Translations under genes and position numbers: made by a program
Notes under the pieces: model-generated
What the model was told of the DNA's origin: nothing
What the model saw: the letters and a program-made list of their open reading frames with translations, nothing else
The model's database searches: none
From: Myxococcales bacterium
GTDB lineage: Bacteria; Myxococcota_A; Polyangia; Polyangiales; Houyiibacteriaceae
Length of the DNA: 64,000 nt
Direction: 5' to 3'
NCBI GenBank assembly: GCA_029863605.1
Contig: JAOTVB010000003.1
Span: 137,658-201,657 of the forward strand
In this document: positions 9,940 through 19,671 of the stretch, one piece after another
Position numbering within the stretch: position 1 is the stretch's first letter
How the letters are laid out: every line of letters begins with the position of its first letter

Positions 9940-12096
9940 GTGGGCGCCGACCATACATCGGGCGGATTTTTTGCTGAACGGGTGGGTGCGGCGTACCACC
10001 TCTTGGGTATGACCGCCCTCGTCCAGGCAGCGCTCCGCGTCAGGCGAACGGCGCGGTCGATGTGGGGAGTTGCCCTGGCCTTTCTGCTGGGTACGGCCCT
10101 GATCGCTGGTTTCTTCCTCCCGGGCGATCGGTCACTCGGGTGGGAACATCTCGTCTGGGCTCTTACCTGGACGACCGTGTTCGGGCTCAGAGCAAGGGTC
10201 GCCGTTCAGCACGGCGCGGGGCCGCGGTCCTCGTTCGAGCTCGGTGCGCTGCTGCTCGTGGGCGTTCACGCGCTCGTCCAGTTTCGCGGGGGCGTCGCAA
10301 GCGAGCTCTACCCACTGACCTACGTAGCCGTAGCGTTAGGAGCATCTTTTGCAACCGGTTGGGCGGGAGCGAGCATCGTTGCCTTCGCCGCCGCCCTCGA
10401 CTTCGGTATTTCGTTTCTCGCTGAGCACGTCACCGACCCCTCCATCCTCGCGGCGCATGCGTTCTTCGTTCTGTCGTTCGGGATCTTGAATCTCGTCTTC
10501 ACCCGCGCGGAAATCACCCGCGTCCGTCGAAAGTCCGAGCTTGCGCTACAGGCGCAGCAGGACAGGGTGCGCGACGAGACACGCCTCTTTCGACTGGTCG
10601 CGCCCGCTTCCGATGGCCTTCGCGACGAAGAGCGCCTCTACCAGACCAGCGTCCAAGAGGTGCATCAAGCCCTCTATCACACCATCGAGCTCCTCCACCG
10701 CACGCTCGGTCTGCACACGTGCGTCCTCCTGATGCCAGGTGCGGACGGCCAGCGGCTTCACATCGTCGAGCTGGTCACCTCCAGCGAGGATATCGCCGAT
10801 GGGCCGTTCTCCCCTGGGTCAGGGGCCGTCGGCGCTGCGGTCCGGCGCAGGCTGACCACGAACCTCCAGCAGATTCGCGCCGGCTATCGTGGGCTCTGTT
10901 ACTATCGCGGGCCCGCGGTGGTTCGGTCGTTTCTCGCGGTGCCGGTCCTCGACAACGGTCACTTTCGGGCCGTGTTGTGTGCCGACCGACTCGAGGATCG
11001 GCCCTTTACCCATGAAGAAGAGGAGCTCTTGCGAAGCAGTACGTCGCACATCCTTCGGTGCGTCGAAAACGAGCGCGTCTTCGTTCAGCTCGAGAGCTCC
11101 AAGCGCCAGCAGGAGATCCTCTACCGGGGCTCGACAGCCCTGAGCACCGCTCTCAACCAAGACGAGGTGATGGAGGTGGGGCTTTCTACCGCATCGGAGA
11201 TCGCACCGCACGACTTTGCGGCGATCACCGAGTATCAGACCGAAGGACGGCGCCACATCGTGCGTCGTGCGATCGGCGAGCGCGCACTGGATTTTCAGGG
11301 ACTTCGTTTTCGCGACAACGCCTCGCTCACCGCGATGGTGGTGAAGAACAAGCACTACCTTCCCTATCGGGGCGAGTTCGACGCTAAACAACAGACTCTC
11401 TTCACCAAGAAAGCCAAGCTCAAGGGGATGGAGTCCTTGCTCGTGTTGCCGCTCGTCGTCCGCGAGGAACCGATCGGAACGCTGATCGTGGCCGCCAAAT
11501 CAGCGCAAGCGTTTCGCGCATCCGCGCGTGAGACTCTACAGGCCCTTGCCAACCAGCTCGCCGTTGCGATTGCCAACGCTCGCGCCGTTCGCCTCCTCGA
11601 GGAAAAGGCGACGACCGACGGTCTCACCGGTTGCCTCAACAAACGCGCGTTTCTCGCCGAGATGGAGCAGAGGATTCTCGCGGCTCAGCGATTCCGGCGC
11701 AAATTGTCACTAATTGTGACAGATCTGGATCATTTTAAGGCTGTAAATGACACTTATGGTCACGCCAGCGGCGACCGGGTGCTGCGGGAGCTCGGCCGCG
11801 TTCTCAAGCGCGTCAAACGTGAAACCGACCTGGTCGCGCGTTTCGGGGGAGAAGAGTTTTGTGTCCTTTGCGAGGAGACGGATGCGCGCGGTGCGCGGCT
11901 TCTAGCCGAGCGTGTTCGCGAGGAGCTGCAGAACACCGAGGTGGCCACCGAGCTCGGACCACTGAAGGTTACGGCATCGCTTGGCGTCGCGACCTTCCCA
12001 GACGATGCAACCACGGCTGAAGCGCTCTTTGCCCAAGGTGACAAGGCGCTCTACGAGGCCAAGAGCCGCGGTCGCAACCAGGTCTGTACCATATAG
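9940..12096 (+). CDS. membrane-anchored GAF-domain diguanylate cyclase (GGDEF)
   Basis: N-terminal TM segments, two GAF-like regions, and a C-terminal GGDEF domain (DHFKAVNDTYGHASGD...RFGGEEFCVL...ALYEAKSRGRNQV). Start uncertain (GTG at 9940 or ATG at 10009). Confidence 0.85.
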   Translation: MGADHTSGGFFAERVGAAYHLLGMTALVQAALRVRRTARSMWGVALAFLLGTALIAGFFLPGDRSLGWEHLVWALTWTTVFGLRARVAVQHGAGPRSSFELGALLLVGVHALVQFRGGVASELYPLTYVAVALGASFATGWAGASIVAFAAALDFGISFLAEHVTDPSILAAHAFFVLSFGILNLVFTRAEITRVRRKSELALQAQQDRVRDETRLFRLVAPASDGLRDEERLYQTSVQEVHQALYHTIELLHRTLGLHTCVLLMPGADGQRLHIVELVTSSEDIADGPFSPGSGAVGAAVRRRLTTNLQQIRAGYRGLCYYRGPAVVRSFLAVPVLDNGHFRAVLCADRLEDRPFTHEEEELLRSSTSHILRCVENERVFVQLESSKRQQEILYRGSTALSTALNQDEVMEVGLSTASEIAPHDFAAITEYQTEGRRHIVRRAIGERALDFQGLRFRDNASLTAMVVKNKHYLPYRGEFDAKQQTLFTKKAKLKGMESLLVLPLVVREEPIGTLIVAAKSAQAFRASARETLQALANQLAVAIANARAVRLLEEKATTDGLTGCLNKRAFLAEMEQRILAAQRFRRKLSLIVTDLDHFKAVNDTYGHASGDRVLRELGRVLKRVKRETDLVARFGGEEFCVLCEETDARGARLLAERVREELQNTEVATELGPLKVTASLGVATFPDDATTAEALFAQGDKALYEAKSRGRNQVCTI

Positions 12097-12160
12097 GCGA
12101 TAGTGCGGGGGCGGTGGGGCGGGACCGACTGCCCGCCTAAAGCGCCCAGGCGATAGTGCC
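12094..12160. repeat. REP-like intergenic hairpin element, copy A, flanked by a 12-bp direct repeat
   Basis: TAGGCGATAGTGCGGGGGCGGTGGGGCGGGACCGACTGCCCGCCTAAAGCG is 43/51 identical by hand alignment to 48857..48907. GGCGGG/CCCGCC hairpin. AGGCGATAGTGC occurs at 12095..12106 and again at 12148..12159. Confidence 0.7.
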
Positions 12161-12161
12161 G

Positions 12162-12647
12162 TCATGCGCGCCGAAGCTCGAGTGTCTCGGGATCGAGCAT
12201 CCACTGAAACGAGCCCTTCCCATGCTCGATCCGAATCAAGCATGCCGATCCGGTTCTGAACGAACCAAACCTCTGCATCTGGCACAGATGCCCGGCCAGA
12301 ATTTCGATCTTTGGCATATGGGTGACCATCACGATGAGGTCGTCGTCGGCCGCATGCTCGAGCGGCTCGAGCGCTTGCGCCGTCGTTCCTTCGTCGCTCG
12401 ATAGAGGGGTATACACTTCGATCGGGCCCGTGAACTCCGCTTGGGTAATGGCGAGGATCTCCGCCGTCTGGACCGCACGAACCAGCGGGCTCGTATAGAT
12501 GCAGCTGTACCGGAGGTCCAACCTGGCGAGCGCTTTTCCGACCCCGGTCATCGATCTCCGGCCCGCGTCGGTCAACCACCGTAGATGGTCGGTCGGCGCC
12601 GAGGTCGTTTCGACAGCTGCCCCATGCCTCACGAGAAGGATCCGCAT
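12162..12647 (-). CDS. sixA: phosphohistidine phosphatase SixA
   Basis: Internal ATG at 12647 gives MRILLVRHGAAV (the RHG catalytic motif of the histidine phosphatase superfamily). About 160 aa, typical of SixA. Confidence 0.75.
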   Translation of the reverse strand: MRILLVRHGAAVETTSAPTDHLRWLTDAGRRSMTGVGKALARLDLRYSCIYTSPLVRAVQTAEILAITQAEFTGPIEVYTPLSSDEGTTAQALEPLEHAADDDLIVMVTHMPKIEILAGHLCQMQRFGSFRTGSACLIRIEHGKGSFQWMLDPETLELRRA

Positions 12648-12669
12648 CAACCTGAGCCTTGCACGTCGG

Positions 12670-14130
12670 TCACGGGTCGTCTTGCCGGGCATGAGCCGAT
12701 CGCGCGAATGATTCTTCCGGGGAGAGGACCAGGTTGTGTCGCGCGTAGAGCGCAAACCACAAGAGCCCAAGCCCGTACCACACCGCAGCGCCGACCACGA
12801 CCTTTTGGTAGATCGGGTCCGTGACGAAGAGGGCCACGAGAGTCACGACGGACACGATCAGGGCGACCGCTGCGCCCGGGATCCCCAAGGGACTCCGGTA
12901 GGGTCGTGCGATGTCGGGTAACCGCAGGCGGAGAAGTATGTACGACAGCATCTGGAGCGCGTACGCGATCACCGCGCCGAACACGGCCATGTTCAACAGC
13001 ACCGCTCCGACGGGATGCTCGGGTCCGAGCGCGTGAATGCCGTACGCCACTGCGTAGCCGAGGGCGGCGCCCACCAAGAGGGCGGCATGCGGGGTCTGGC
13101 GGGTGCGGTGTGTGCGAGACAACCAGCGGGGGAAATAGCCAGCCCTCGAGAGCGAGTAGATCTGCCGTCCGTAAGCAAAAATGATGGTGTGAAAGCTGGC
13201 GACCAAGCCCGTCACCGCCACCAGCGCGAGCAGCTTGGCGCCGAGGCCCGCGCCGAAGATGGTCTTGAACCCCTCAAACAGAGGCTCGGCAGACGAACCG
13301 AGCACCGAGGAGCCGGGGGCGATGCCCGCGTTCAGAAACAGCGTCAGGAAGGCGGCCACGATTAACGTCAGAAGCCCGAGCAGAAGGCCCCGCGGGAGGT
13401 CACGACCGGGGGCCTCCGCTTCCTCGGCGGCCAGCGGGAGTTGTTCGATCGCGAGAAAAAACCAGATCGCGAAGGGCAATGCGGACAGAATCCCGACGGG
13501 GCCGCGTGGCAGCCAGCGAGTGCCGCCCGGCTCGGGCTCGATGTTGAGCGCCCAATCCAAGTCGAAGTGCGGGAGGGCGGAAACCCAGAACACCAAGAGC
13601 ACGCCGAGTGCGAGGATCGTGATCAACACGGTGAACCGAAAGGTGATCTCCACCCCCTTGATGTTGAGCCCGACGAAGAGGGCGTAACTGACCAGCCACC
13701 ACAGCGGCTCGGCCGCGGGCGTCGTGCCGAAGATCGCACCGAGATAGCCCCCGATGCCGACCACGATGACGGCTGGCGTGAGGATGTATTCCATGTTTTC
13801 GGCGAGGCCCGTGATGTATGCCCCCCAAGGACCCATCGCCGATCGCGCAAAGGAGTACGCGCCTCCGGTGTGAGGTAGTGCGGCGGTCATTTCCGCGATG
13901 CTGAAACAAAGGCCCGCATACATGACGGTGATGATCACCGTGGCGATCAGCAGCCCCCCAAAGCCCCCGGCTGCGAGCCCGAAGTTCCAGCCGAAAAAGT
14001 CGCCCGAGATGACGGCGCCAACACCGAGCGCCCAGAGCGACCACACCCCTGCATAGCGGCGTAAACCACGCTCTCGAAAGTACTTCTCGCCGACTCGATC
14101 ATATTCGACGCCTTGTTCCCGCCTTGGCAT
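12670..14130 (-). CDS. APC-superfamily permease, ethanolamine permease-like
   Basis: About 12 TM helices. The N-terminal block LWALGVGAVISGDFFGWNFG is typical of the ethanolamine (EAT) branch of APC transporters. Confidence 0.7.
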   Translation of the reverse strand: MPRREQGVEYDRVGEKYFRERGLRRYAGVWSLWALGVGAVISGDFFGWNFGLAAGGFGGLLIATVIITVMYAGLCFSIAEMTAALPHTGGAYSFARSAMGPWGAYITGLAENMEYILTPAVIVVGIGGYLGAIFGTTPAAEPLWWLVSYALFVGLNIKGVEITFRFTVLITILALGVLLVFWVSALPHFDLDWALNIEPEPGGTRWLPRGPVGILSALPFAIWFFLAIEQLPLAAEEAEAPGRDLPRGLLLGLLTLIVAAFLTLFLNAGIAPGSSVLGSSAEPLFEGFKTIFGAGLGAKLLALVAVTGLVASFHTIIFAYGRQIYSLSRAGYFPRWLSRTHRTRQTPHAALLVGAALGYAVAYGIHALGPEHPVGAVLLNMAVFGAVIAYALQMLSYILLRLRLPDIARPYRSPLGIPGAAVALIVSVVTLVALFVTDPIYQKVVVGAAVWYGLGLLWFALYARHNLVLSPEESFARSAHARQDDP

Positions 14131-14177
14131 GGCGCGGAGTGTAGCGGCATGGCGCCACTGGGGATAAGGTTCGGCGC

Positions 14178-15098
14178 ATGTTAACGATCGATCTGTCCGG
14201 GAAGCGGGCTTTCGTCGCGGGAGTCGCCGATGACGCCGGGTTTGGGTTTGCGATTGCGAAAGCGCTTGCGAGCGCTGGTGCTTCGGTGTGCGTCGGCACG
14301 TGGCCGCCAGCTTTGGGCATCTTCGAAACGCTTCTTCGGCGAGGGAAGCTCGACAAATCGCGCAGGCTTTCCGGAGGCGGAATGCTCGAGTTCGAGGCGA
14401 TCTACCCTCTCGATGCCGAGTACGATTCCCTCGAAGAGGTGCCCGCAGAGCTACGAGCCGAGAAGCGCTACCGCGATCGCGGCGACTTCAGCATCGACGG
14501 TCTGGCCCAGCGGTTACGCGACGACTTCGGAGAGCCGTGTCTCGACATCGTGGTGCACAGTCTCGCGAATGGGCCCGAAGTTACCAAGCCACTCCTCGAA
14601 ACGAGCCGCAAAGGGTATCTCGCAGCGGTCGGGGCCAGTGCGTACTCGTTCGTGTCGTTAGTGCAGCGGCTTCAGCCGCTCATGCGCGACGAGGGTTCCT
14701 TCTTGGCGCTTTCGTACCTGGCGAGTCAGGGCGTTGTCGCCGAGTACGGAGGCGGCATGGCGTCGGCAAAAGCGGCGCTCGAGAGCGACGCCCGCATGCT
14801 GGCGTTCGAGGTCGGACGCCGTTGGGGTCACCGGGTCAACGTGATTTCGGCGGGTCCCTACGCCTCTCGTGCGGCGACGGCGATCGGCTTCATTCACAAG
14901 ATGATCAAGTACTACGAGCTCAATGCGCCACTTCGGGATGCGCTCCGCGGCGACGAGGTAGGTAACGCCGCAGCCTTCCTCTGCAGCTCGCTTGCAAGTG
15001 GAATCACGGGGACGGTCCTCTACGTCGACAAGGGCTATCACGCGATGGCCACCCCTGCCGACGTCGAAGGCTTGGTCGACAAGCTGACGGCCGACTAA
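14178..15098 (+). CDS. fabI: enoyl-[acyl-carrier-protein] reductase FabI (long SDR form)
   Basis: GKRAFVAGVADDAGFGFAIAKAL dinucleotide-binding motif; SYLASQGVVAEYGGGMASAKAALE (Y/K catalytic region); ISAGP. Confidence 0.75.
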   Translation: MLTIDLSGKRAFVAGVADDAGFGFAIAKALASAGASVCVGTWPPALGIFETLLRRGKLDKSRRLSGGGMLEFEAIYPLDAEYDSLEEVPAELRAEKRYRDRGDFSIDGLAQRLRDDFGEPCLDIVVHSLANGPEVTKPLLETSRKGYLAAVGASAYSFVSLVQRLQPLMRDEGSFLALSYLASQGVVAEYGGGMASAKAALESDARMLAFEVGRRWGHRVNVISAGPYASRAATAIGFIHKMIKYYELNAPLRDALRGDEVGNAAAFLCSSLASGITGTVLYVDKGYHAMATPADVEGLVDKLTAD

Positions 15099-16063
15099 GC
15101 GGCGACCATTTCGTGCTGAGCCGTCGGACGGATGCTCGAGGTTTCGGCTTCGACGTGCAAGGTCTCGGCCAGCGCTCGTTCGGTGCGCACGCGCTCCTGA
15201 AGCCAGGGCTCGAGGGCTCGCATCAGGGCACGCGCGGATGGGTGTCTCGCGGCAGGATTACGGCTCAGCAGCCTCGACAGAACACCGTCCATCTCGGGAC
15301 ACACGTTCGGTGACAGCAATGAGGCGCGCGGAGCATCCTCGCGGATGATGCGGCGAAGAACGGCGTTGACGTCGGTTCCGGTGAACGGGAGCCGACCGGT
15401 GAGCGCCTCGAACATCGTGATCCCCACCCCGAATAGGTCGGCGCGCGCATCGACGTAGGGGTTCCCGCTGGCCTGCTCGGGCGATGCATAACTCGGAGTG
15501 CCATACACGCGTCCTCGCTCCCGGGACCGTTCATCGGCAGGCGCGGTTTCGGCGGCGCAAACCCCGAAGTCGAGCAGGTGCACGTCGAGCTCGCCGTATG
15601 CGCCGCGATTCATCAAGATGTGCTCGGGTTTGATATCGCGGTGAACGTAGCCGTGTCGGTGCACGCTATGCAGAATCGACGCCAGACGCGCCATGACCAC
15701 CGAGACTTGCCGGGCGTTGAGAGGGCCCAAGCGTCGGAGATAGGTCGCGAGGCTTTCCGACCGCATGTACTTCAACACCACGTACGGCGACTCATCGTCG
15801 AGGAATCCGTGGTCGATCACCGGGACGATGCCAGGATGAAACACTCGACGCGCGACTTCGACCTCTCGACGGACGCGCGCATTCAGGTCTGGATTTCCCG
15901 CGTATGCCGGACGCAGCATTTTGACGACGACCCGTTCGAGCGTGGCCAGGCGTTCGGCTTCGAAGACGATTCCCGTCCCTCCAATCCCGATCGCGTTCCC
16001 AACGCGGTAGCGGCCGTCCAAAATCCGCCCGCGTAGCTCGCTCCGCTCCGGCGACACCGACAT
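15095..16063 (-). CDS. serine/threonine protein kinase (Hanks type)
   Basis: GIGGTGIVFEA...VVVKML, HRDIKPEHIL, DFG and SPEQ motifs. Confidence 0.9.
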   Translation of the reverse strand: MSVSPERSELRGRILDGRYRVGNAIGIGGTGIVFEAERLATLERVVVKMLRPAYAGNPDLNARVRREVEVARRVFHPGIVPVIDHGFLDDESPYVVLKYMRSESLATYLRRLGPLNARQVSVVMARLASILHSVHRHGYVHRDIKPEHILMNRGAYGELDVHLLDFGVCAAETAPADERSRERGRVYGTPSYASPEQASGNPYVDARADLFGVGITMFEALTGRLPFTGTDVNAVLRRIIREDAPRASLLSPNVCPEMDGVLSRLLSRNPAARHPSARALMRALEPWLQERVRTERALAETLHVEAETSSIRPTAQHEMVAA

Positions 16064-16390
16064 GGCCCTACCTTCTGTCGAGGTCGATCACGGGTCAAAA
16101 AAAGCGCAAGGCCGACTGAGCGATCGCCGTTGGATGTCGCGTGAAGCCAAAGGGGGCACCCGGGGAGGTTGTGCGTGTCGGTATACGCCACACCGACATT
16201 CCCACATGCGTTGCACCGACGCGCGACTTTCGTGATGTGCTTCACAATTTTTGAGCGGACGGATTTCGATCTGCAACAACGACGCAACATCAGCCGATTC
16301 ATCGTTGACAGCATCACCCCAGTTGGGTGTAGATCCCTCCTGCCGCACGATCAGCCCCAAAGAGGAGGCAGTCCCCACTGACCCGTGATT

Positions 16391-16413
16391 GGGGGCTGTC
16401 TCCCCTTTTTTTT
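16391..16413 (+). terminator. putative intrinsic terminator (plus strand only)
   Basis: GGGGGCTGTCTCCCC followed by T8. An alternative longer stem pairs GGCAGTCCCC (16367..16376) with GGGGGCTGTC (16391..16400). The reverse complement has no T-run, so it is not bidirectional. Confidence 0.45.
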
Positions 16414-16462
16414 GCGACTAACGCATGCTCCGGATCCTCGCGCGGCATCTCTAGAATAGGCT

Positions 16463-17377
16463 CTACCGTGCGGCACGAAACGCATCGATGGTTTCGCGTT
16501 CGTCGTAGCGATGCTGGTAGTCGGTCGCCCGCTTGAATGCGTCGCTGTCGACGACGATCGGATACTTCAAATGATCGATTGCGGCCGGCGGCAAGTTGGG
16601 AAGCGCCAGTCGGCGGAGCCCCAAGCGGACCAGGGTCGCCGGAACTGGAAATGGGCGCCCGCCAACTGCGCGTACGATGGCGGAAATCGGGACCGGTGAC
16701 GGACCCGAAACGTTGTAAACCCCGTGAAGCTTGCGGCTGAGGGCAGTGACGATGGCCTCCGCCGCGTCCTCTTCGTGGATGAAGTGAATCAGCGGGTCAA
16801 AGCCCATCACGACCGGGACAGTCGAGCCCTTGAGGTAGGACCCAAGCGTCCCGTGTTTGCTTGGGCCGAGGGTGTACACGATCCGGAGCACGCACGTGGC
16901 AATCTCGGGGTAGCGCCACAGCGCGGACGACGCATACAGGTCGGCGGCTACTAGATCGGCGAGCTCCGGGAACGTATGCGCCGACATCGGAGGCTCGTCC
17001 TCGGTGTGATAAAGCGGTGAATCGGCAGCGGCGCCGTAGTACGTATGCCGGCCAACGAAGATCGCCTGCTTCACGCCATATTTGTGGCAGTGCTGAATGA
17101 ACGCACGCGTTCCGTAGAGGTTCACCCGCATTCTGTCCGGGCTCTTGTGAACGAGGTGGGTGACCGTTGCCATGTGGATGGCGGCTTGGGGGCGGCGTGT
17201 TCGAAATACGTCCTCGGCCGTTCGCTTGCGAATGTCGTGCTCGTACATCTCGATCGACTCCGGAGCGTTCGGCCAGGGACGCCGATCGATGCCGATGACG
17301 TCATGCCCACGCTCGACGAGTCGCATTGCGACCAGCCGCCCCAAAGTCCCCGCAACCCCTGTGACCAAGACCTTCAT
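16463..17377 (-). CDS. NAD-dependent epimerase/dehydratase family (extended SDR) protein
   Basis: [16 protein letters not shown] Rossmann motif; about 300 aa extended SDR layout. Confidence 0.8.
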   Translation of the reverse strand: MKVLVTGVAGTLGRLVAMRLVERGHDVIGIDRRPWPNAPESIEMYEHDIRKRTAEDVFRTRRPQAAIHMATVTHLVHKSPDRMRVNLYGTRAFIQHCHKYGVKQAIFVGRHTYYGAAADSPLYHTEDEPPMSAHTFPELADLVAADLYASSALWRYPEIATCVLRIVYTLGPSKHGTLGSYLKGSTVPVVMGFDPLIHFIHEEDAAEAIVTALSRKLHGVYNVSGPSPVPISAIVRAVGGRPFPVPATLVRLGLRRLALPNLPPAAIDHLKYPIVVDSDAFKRATDYQHRYDERETIDAFRAAR

Positions 17378-18306
17378 TACAAGACGAGATCCGCTTCGGT
17401 GATCTTCTTCTCCCTCAGCTGACGCCCCTGTCGGATCAAGTCGCGAATCTTTTCTTTGACTTCCTCGACCATCGCTCCACAGACGTCGTCGCGTTCATGT
17501 CCTGAGCCTTCGAAGACCATCGGCTTTCCGTAGAGAAGCTGAAAGCGGGTCGGCTTCGGCACCAGCAAGCCCCACTTCGTGACGGGTACGTAGGGGACCC
17601 CGAGCAACCGACCTAGGGCCTTCAAGTTGGCCACCGTTGGGAGCGCCTCACCTCCACCGACGAAACCGAAAGGAATGATCGGGCTCTTGGTCTCGAGCGC
17701 CAGTCGCATGAACCCCGTGCCAAAGGTCACGAGGGTGTCGGCATCCTTTGCGAGCTTCGCCGTTCCGCGAGCACCCTCGGGAAACACGAGCAGGAGTCGG
17801 TCGTCGCGGAGCAATCGAATGGCTTGGTCCGGGTTTCCGGTGAACTGGCCGGTCCGGCTCATGAACTGAGAGGCACCAGCGAACTGATGGATGAATCTGT
17901 CGATCATCGAATGCGGGAGGCGTGGGGGCTCCGCATCGAGGAGCATCGAGCCCATCACCATCGCACCATCGATTGCAACACCGCCCGAATGATTGCCGAC
18001 CAGAATCCCTCTTCCGCGGGGTGGCAGGTTCTCCAATCCGTAGACATCGACCTTGAAGTAGTGTCGGTAGAACCAGGAGAATACCGACATGAATCGAACC
18101 AGGTCCTTCTTGGAGATGCCGTAAGGGTCGAATCCGAACTTGTTGAACGAGAGGTCGAGCGAGTCGATACGCGCGGCCACTTCGGGATCGATGGGTAGAA
18201 GTTTGTCCAGCAAGGTTGCCTCAGCCCCGGACGGGGCCTCGATCTGTATGTGCAGAGCACCCAGAACGCAATCACTCGCTGCCGGACCTGCGGATCCCGA
18301 GCGCAC
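17377..18306 (-). CDS. lysophospholipid/1-acyl-glycerol-3-phosphate acyltransferase family protein
   Basis: [11 protein letters not shown] (NH..D acyltransferase block) and FPEGARGT block. One-nt overlap with the SDR gene start. Confidence 0.65.
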   Translation of the reverse strand: MRSGSAGPAASDCVLGALHIQIEAPSGAEATLLDKLLPIDPEVAARIDSLDLSFNKFGFDPYGISKKDLVRFMSVFSWFYRHYFKVDVYGLENLPPRGRGILVGNHSGGVAIDGAMVMGSMLLDAEPPRLPHSMIDRFIHQFAGASQFMSRTGQFTGNPDQAIRLLRDDRLLLVFPEGARGTAKLAKDADTLVTFGTGFMRLALETKSPIIPFGFVGGGEALPTVANLKALGRLLGVPYVPVTKWGLLVPKPTRFQLLYGKPMVFEGSGHERDDVCGAMVEEVKEKIRDLIRQGRQLREKKITEADLVL

Positions 18307-19642
18307 GCATCTTCTTGTAGAGGTGGCTCCGCTCGAGGCCTAGATCGGCGGCGGTTTTGGTCACGTGCCCGTCCCGAAACTCGAGCGCTCGCTCGATCAG
18401 ATCCCGCTCGGCGGCCTCCACCATCTCCCGGAGCGCCGTTTCCGGCCGAAAATAGGAGCCGCCTGGCTCTCCAGTCCCGCTCGGAAGCACGGCCCGCGCG
18501 TGGGCTTCGCTGATCATGTAGTCCGGGGTCAGGATAACGAGGCGCTCGACGAGATTGCGGAGCTCACGAACGTTGCCTGGATACGGATAGCCCTCGAGCA
18601 CCCGTATGGCTTCCGGTGCGATCACCTTTTCAGGCCTATCGTGCACTTCACACGCGAGGGCGAGGAAGTGCTTGGTCAGCAGCGGTACGTCCGCGATGCG
18701 TTCCCTGAGCGCCGGGATCTGTAGAGGCAGAACGTTGAGCCGATCGAACAGGTCCGGCCGAAACCGCCCGGCTTCGATTTCCGCTTGAAGAGACTTGTTG
18801 GTCGCTGCCACGACACGCACGTCGACCTCGATCGGCGCGCTACCTCCCACACGCTCGATCTCGCCTTCTTGCAGGACCCGAAGGAGCTTCGCCTGCATTT
18901 GAGCCGGCATGTCTCCCACCTCGTCCAAGAAGAGGGTGCCTCCGCTTGCCCGCTCGAACTTCCCACGACGCTGCTTGGTGGCCCCGGTGAACGCCCCAGC
19001 CTCGTGGCCGAACAGCTCACTTTCGATCAGCCCCTCCGGAACTGCCGCGCAATTGAGCTTCTCGAGGGCCCGGTTTGCGCGCGAGGAAGCCGCGTGAATG
19101 GCTGACGCAACCAGCTCTTTACCGGTCCCGCGCTCCCCGAAAATCAGGACGGAAGCATTGGAGTTGCCGGCGAGCTCTATCCGTTCTCTGAGCTTCGACA
19201 TGGCCGGGCTTTGCCCGAGGAGTGAGGCTCCGAAGTCGTAGCGTCGCCGAAGCTCGCGATTCTCGCGCTGCAGCTCGTGGATCTCGAGACTTCGCTTGAG
19301 CGACAGAAGGAGGCGGTCGCTTCCAATCGGCTTCTCGATGAAATCGTCCGCGCCACGTCTGATCGCCTCCATCGCGGTTTCGATGGTGGCGTGTCCGCTC
19401 ATCATGATCACCGGCGTTGGGATGCCGCGCTTGCCGAGCTCTGCCAGAAGGGCGAGCCCGTCCATGCCAGGTAGTTGGACATCGAGCAAAATCGCATCGA
19501 AGGTCTCCTTGGCCAGTTTTTCGAGCGCGATCTCGGCGCTTCCTGCGACTTCCACCGCGTAGCCTTCGAGCCCCAGCGCACGAGATACCGTGGTCAGGAT
19601 GTTCTGTTCGTCGTCGACGACGAGAATCGTCGCGGCCGCCAT
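18272..19642 (-). CDS. sigma-54-dependent response regulator (NtrC family)
   Basis: REC domain (ILVVDDEQN...DVQLPGMDG), AAA+ domain ([22 protein letters not shown]) and a C-terminal Fis HTH. Confidence 0.9.
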   Translation of the reverse strand: MAAATILVVDDEQNILTTVSRALGLEGYAVEVAGSAEIALEKLAKETFDAILLDVQLPGMDGLALLAELGKRGIPTPVIMMSGHATIETAMEAIRRGADDFIEKPIGSDRLLLSLKRSLEIHELQRENRELRRRYDFGASLLGQSPAMSKLRERIELAGNSNASVLIFGERGTGKELVASAIHAASSRANRALEKLNCAAVPEGLIESELFGHEAGAFTGATKQRRGKFERASGGTLFLDEVGDMPAQMQAKLLRVLQEGEIERVGGSAPIEVDVRVVAATNKSLQAEIEAGRFRPDLFDRLNVLPLQIPALRERIADVPLLTKHFLALACEVHDRPEKVIAPEAIRVLEGYPYPGNVRELRNLVERLVILTPDYMISEAHARAVLPSGTGEPGGSYFRPETALREMVEAAERDLIERALEFRDGHVTKTAADLGLERSHLYKKMRALGIRRSGSE

Positions 19643-19671
19643 AGGCTACGCTAGCACACCGCAGCGTGGGC

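Noticed and set aside
16169-16381. 70-aa ORF ending 10 nt before the plus-strand terminator
   Set aside because: It has a TTG start with the only GGAGG directly abutting it (no spacer), modest third-position GC, and no recognisable fold. I favour a non-coding RNA or regulatory region, though a small protein cannot be excluded.
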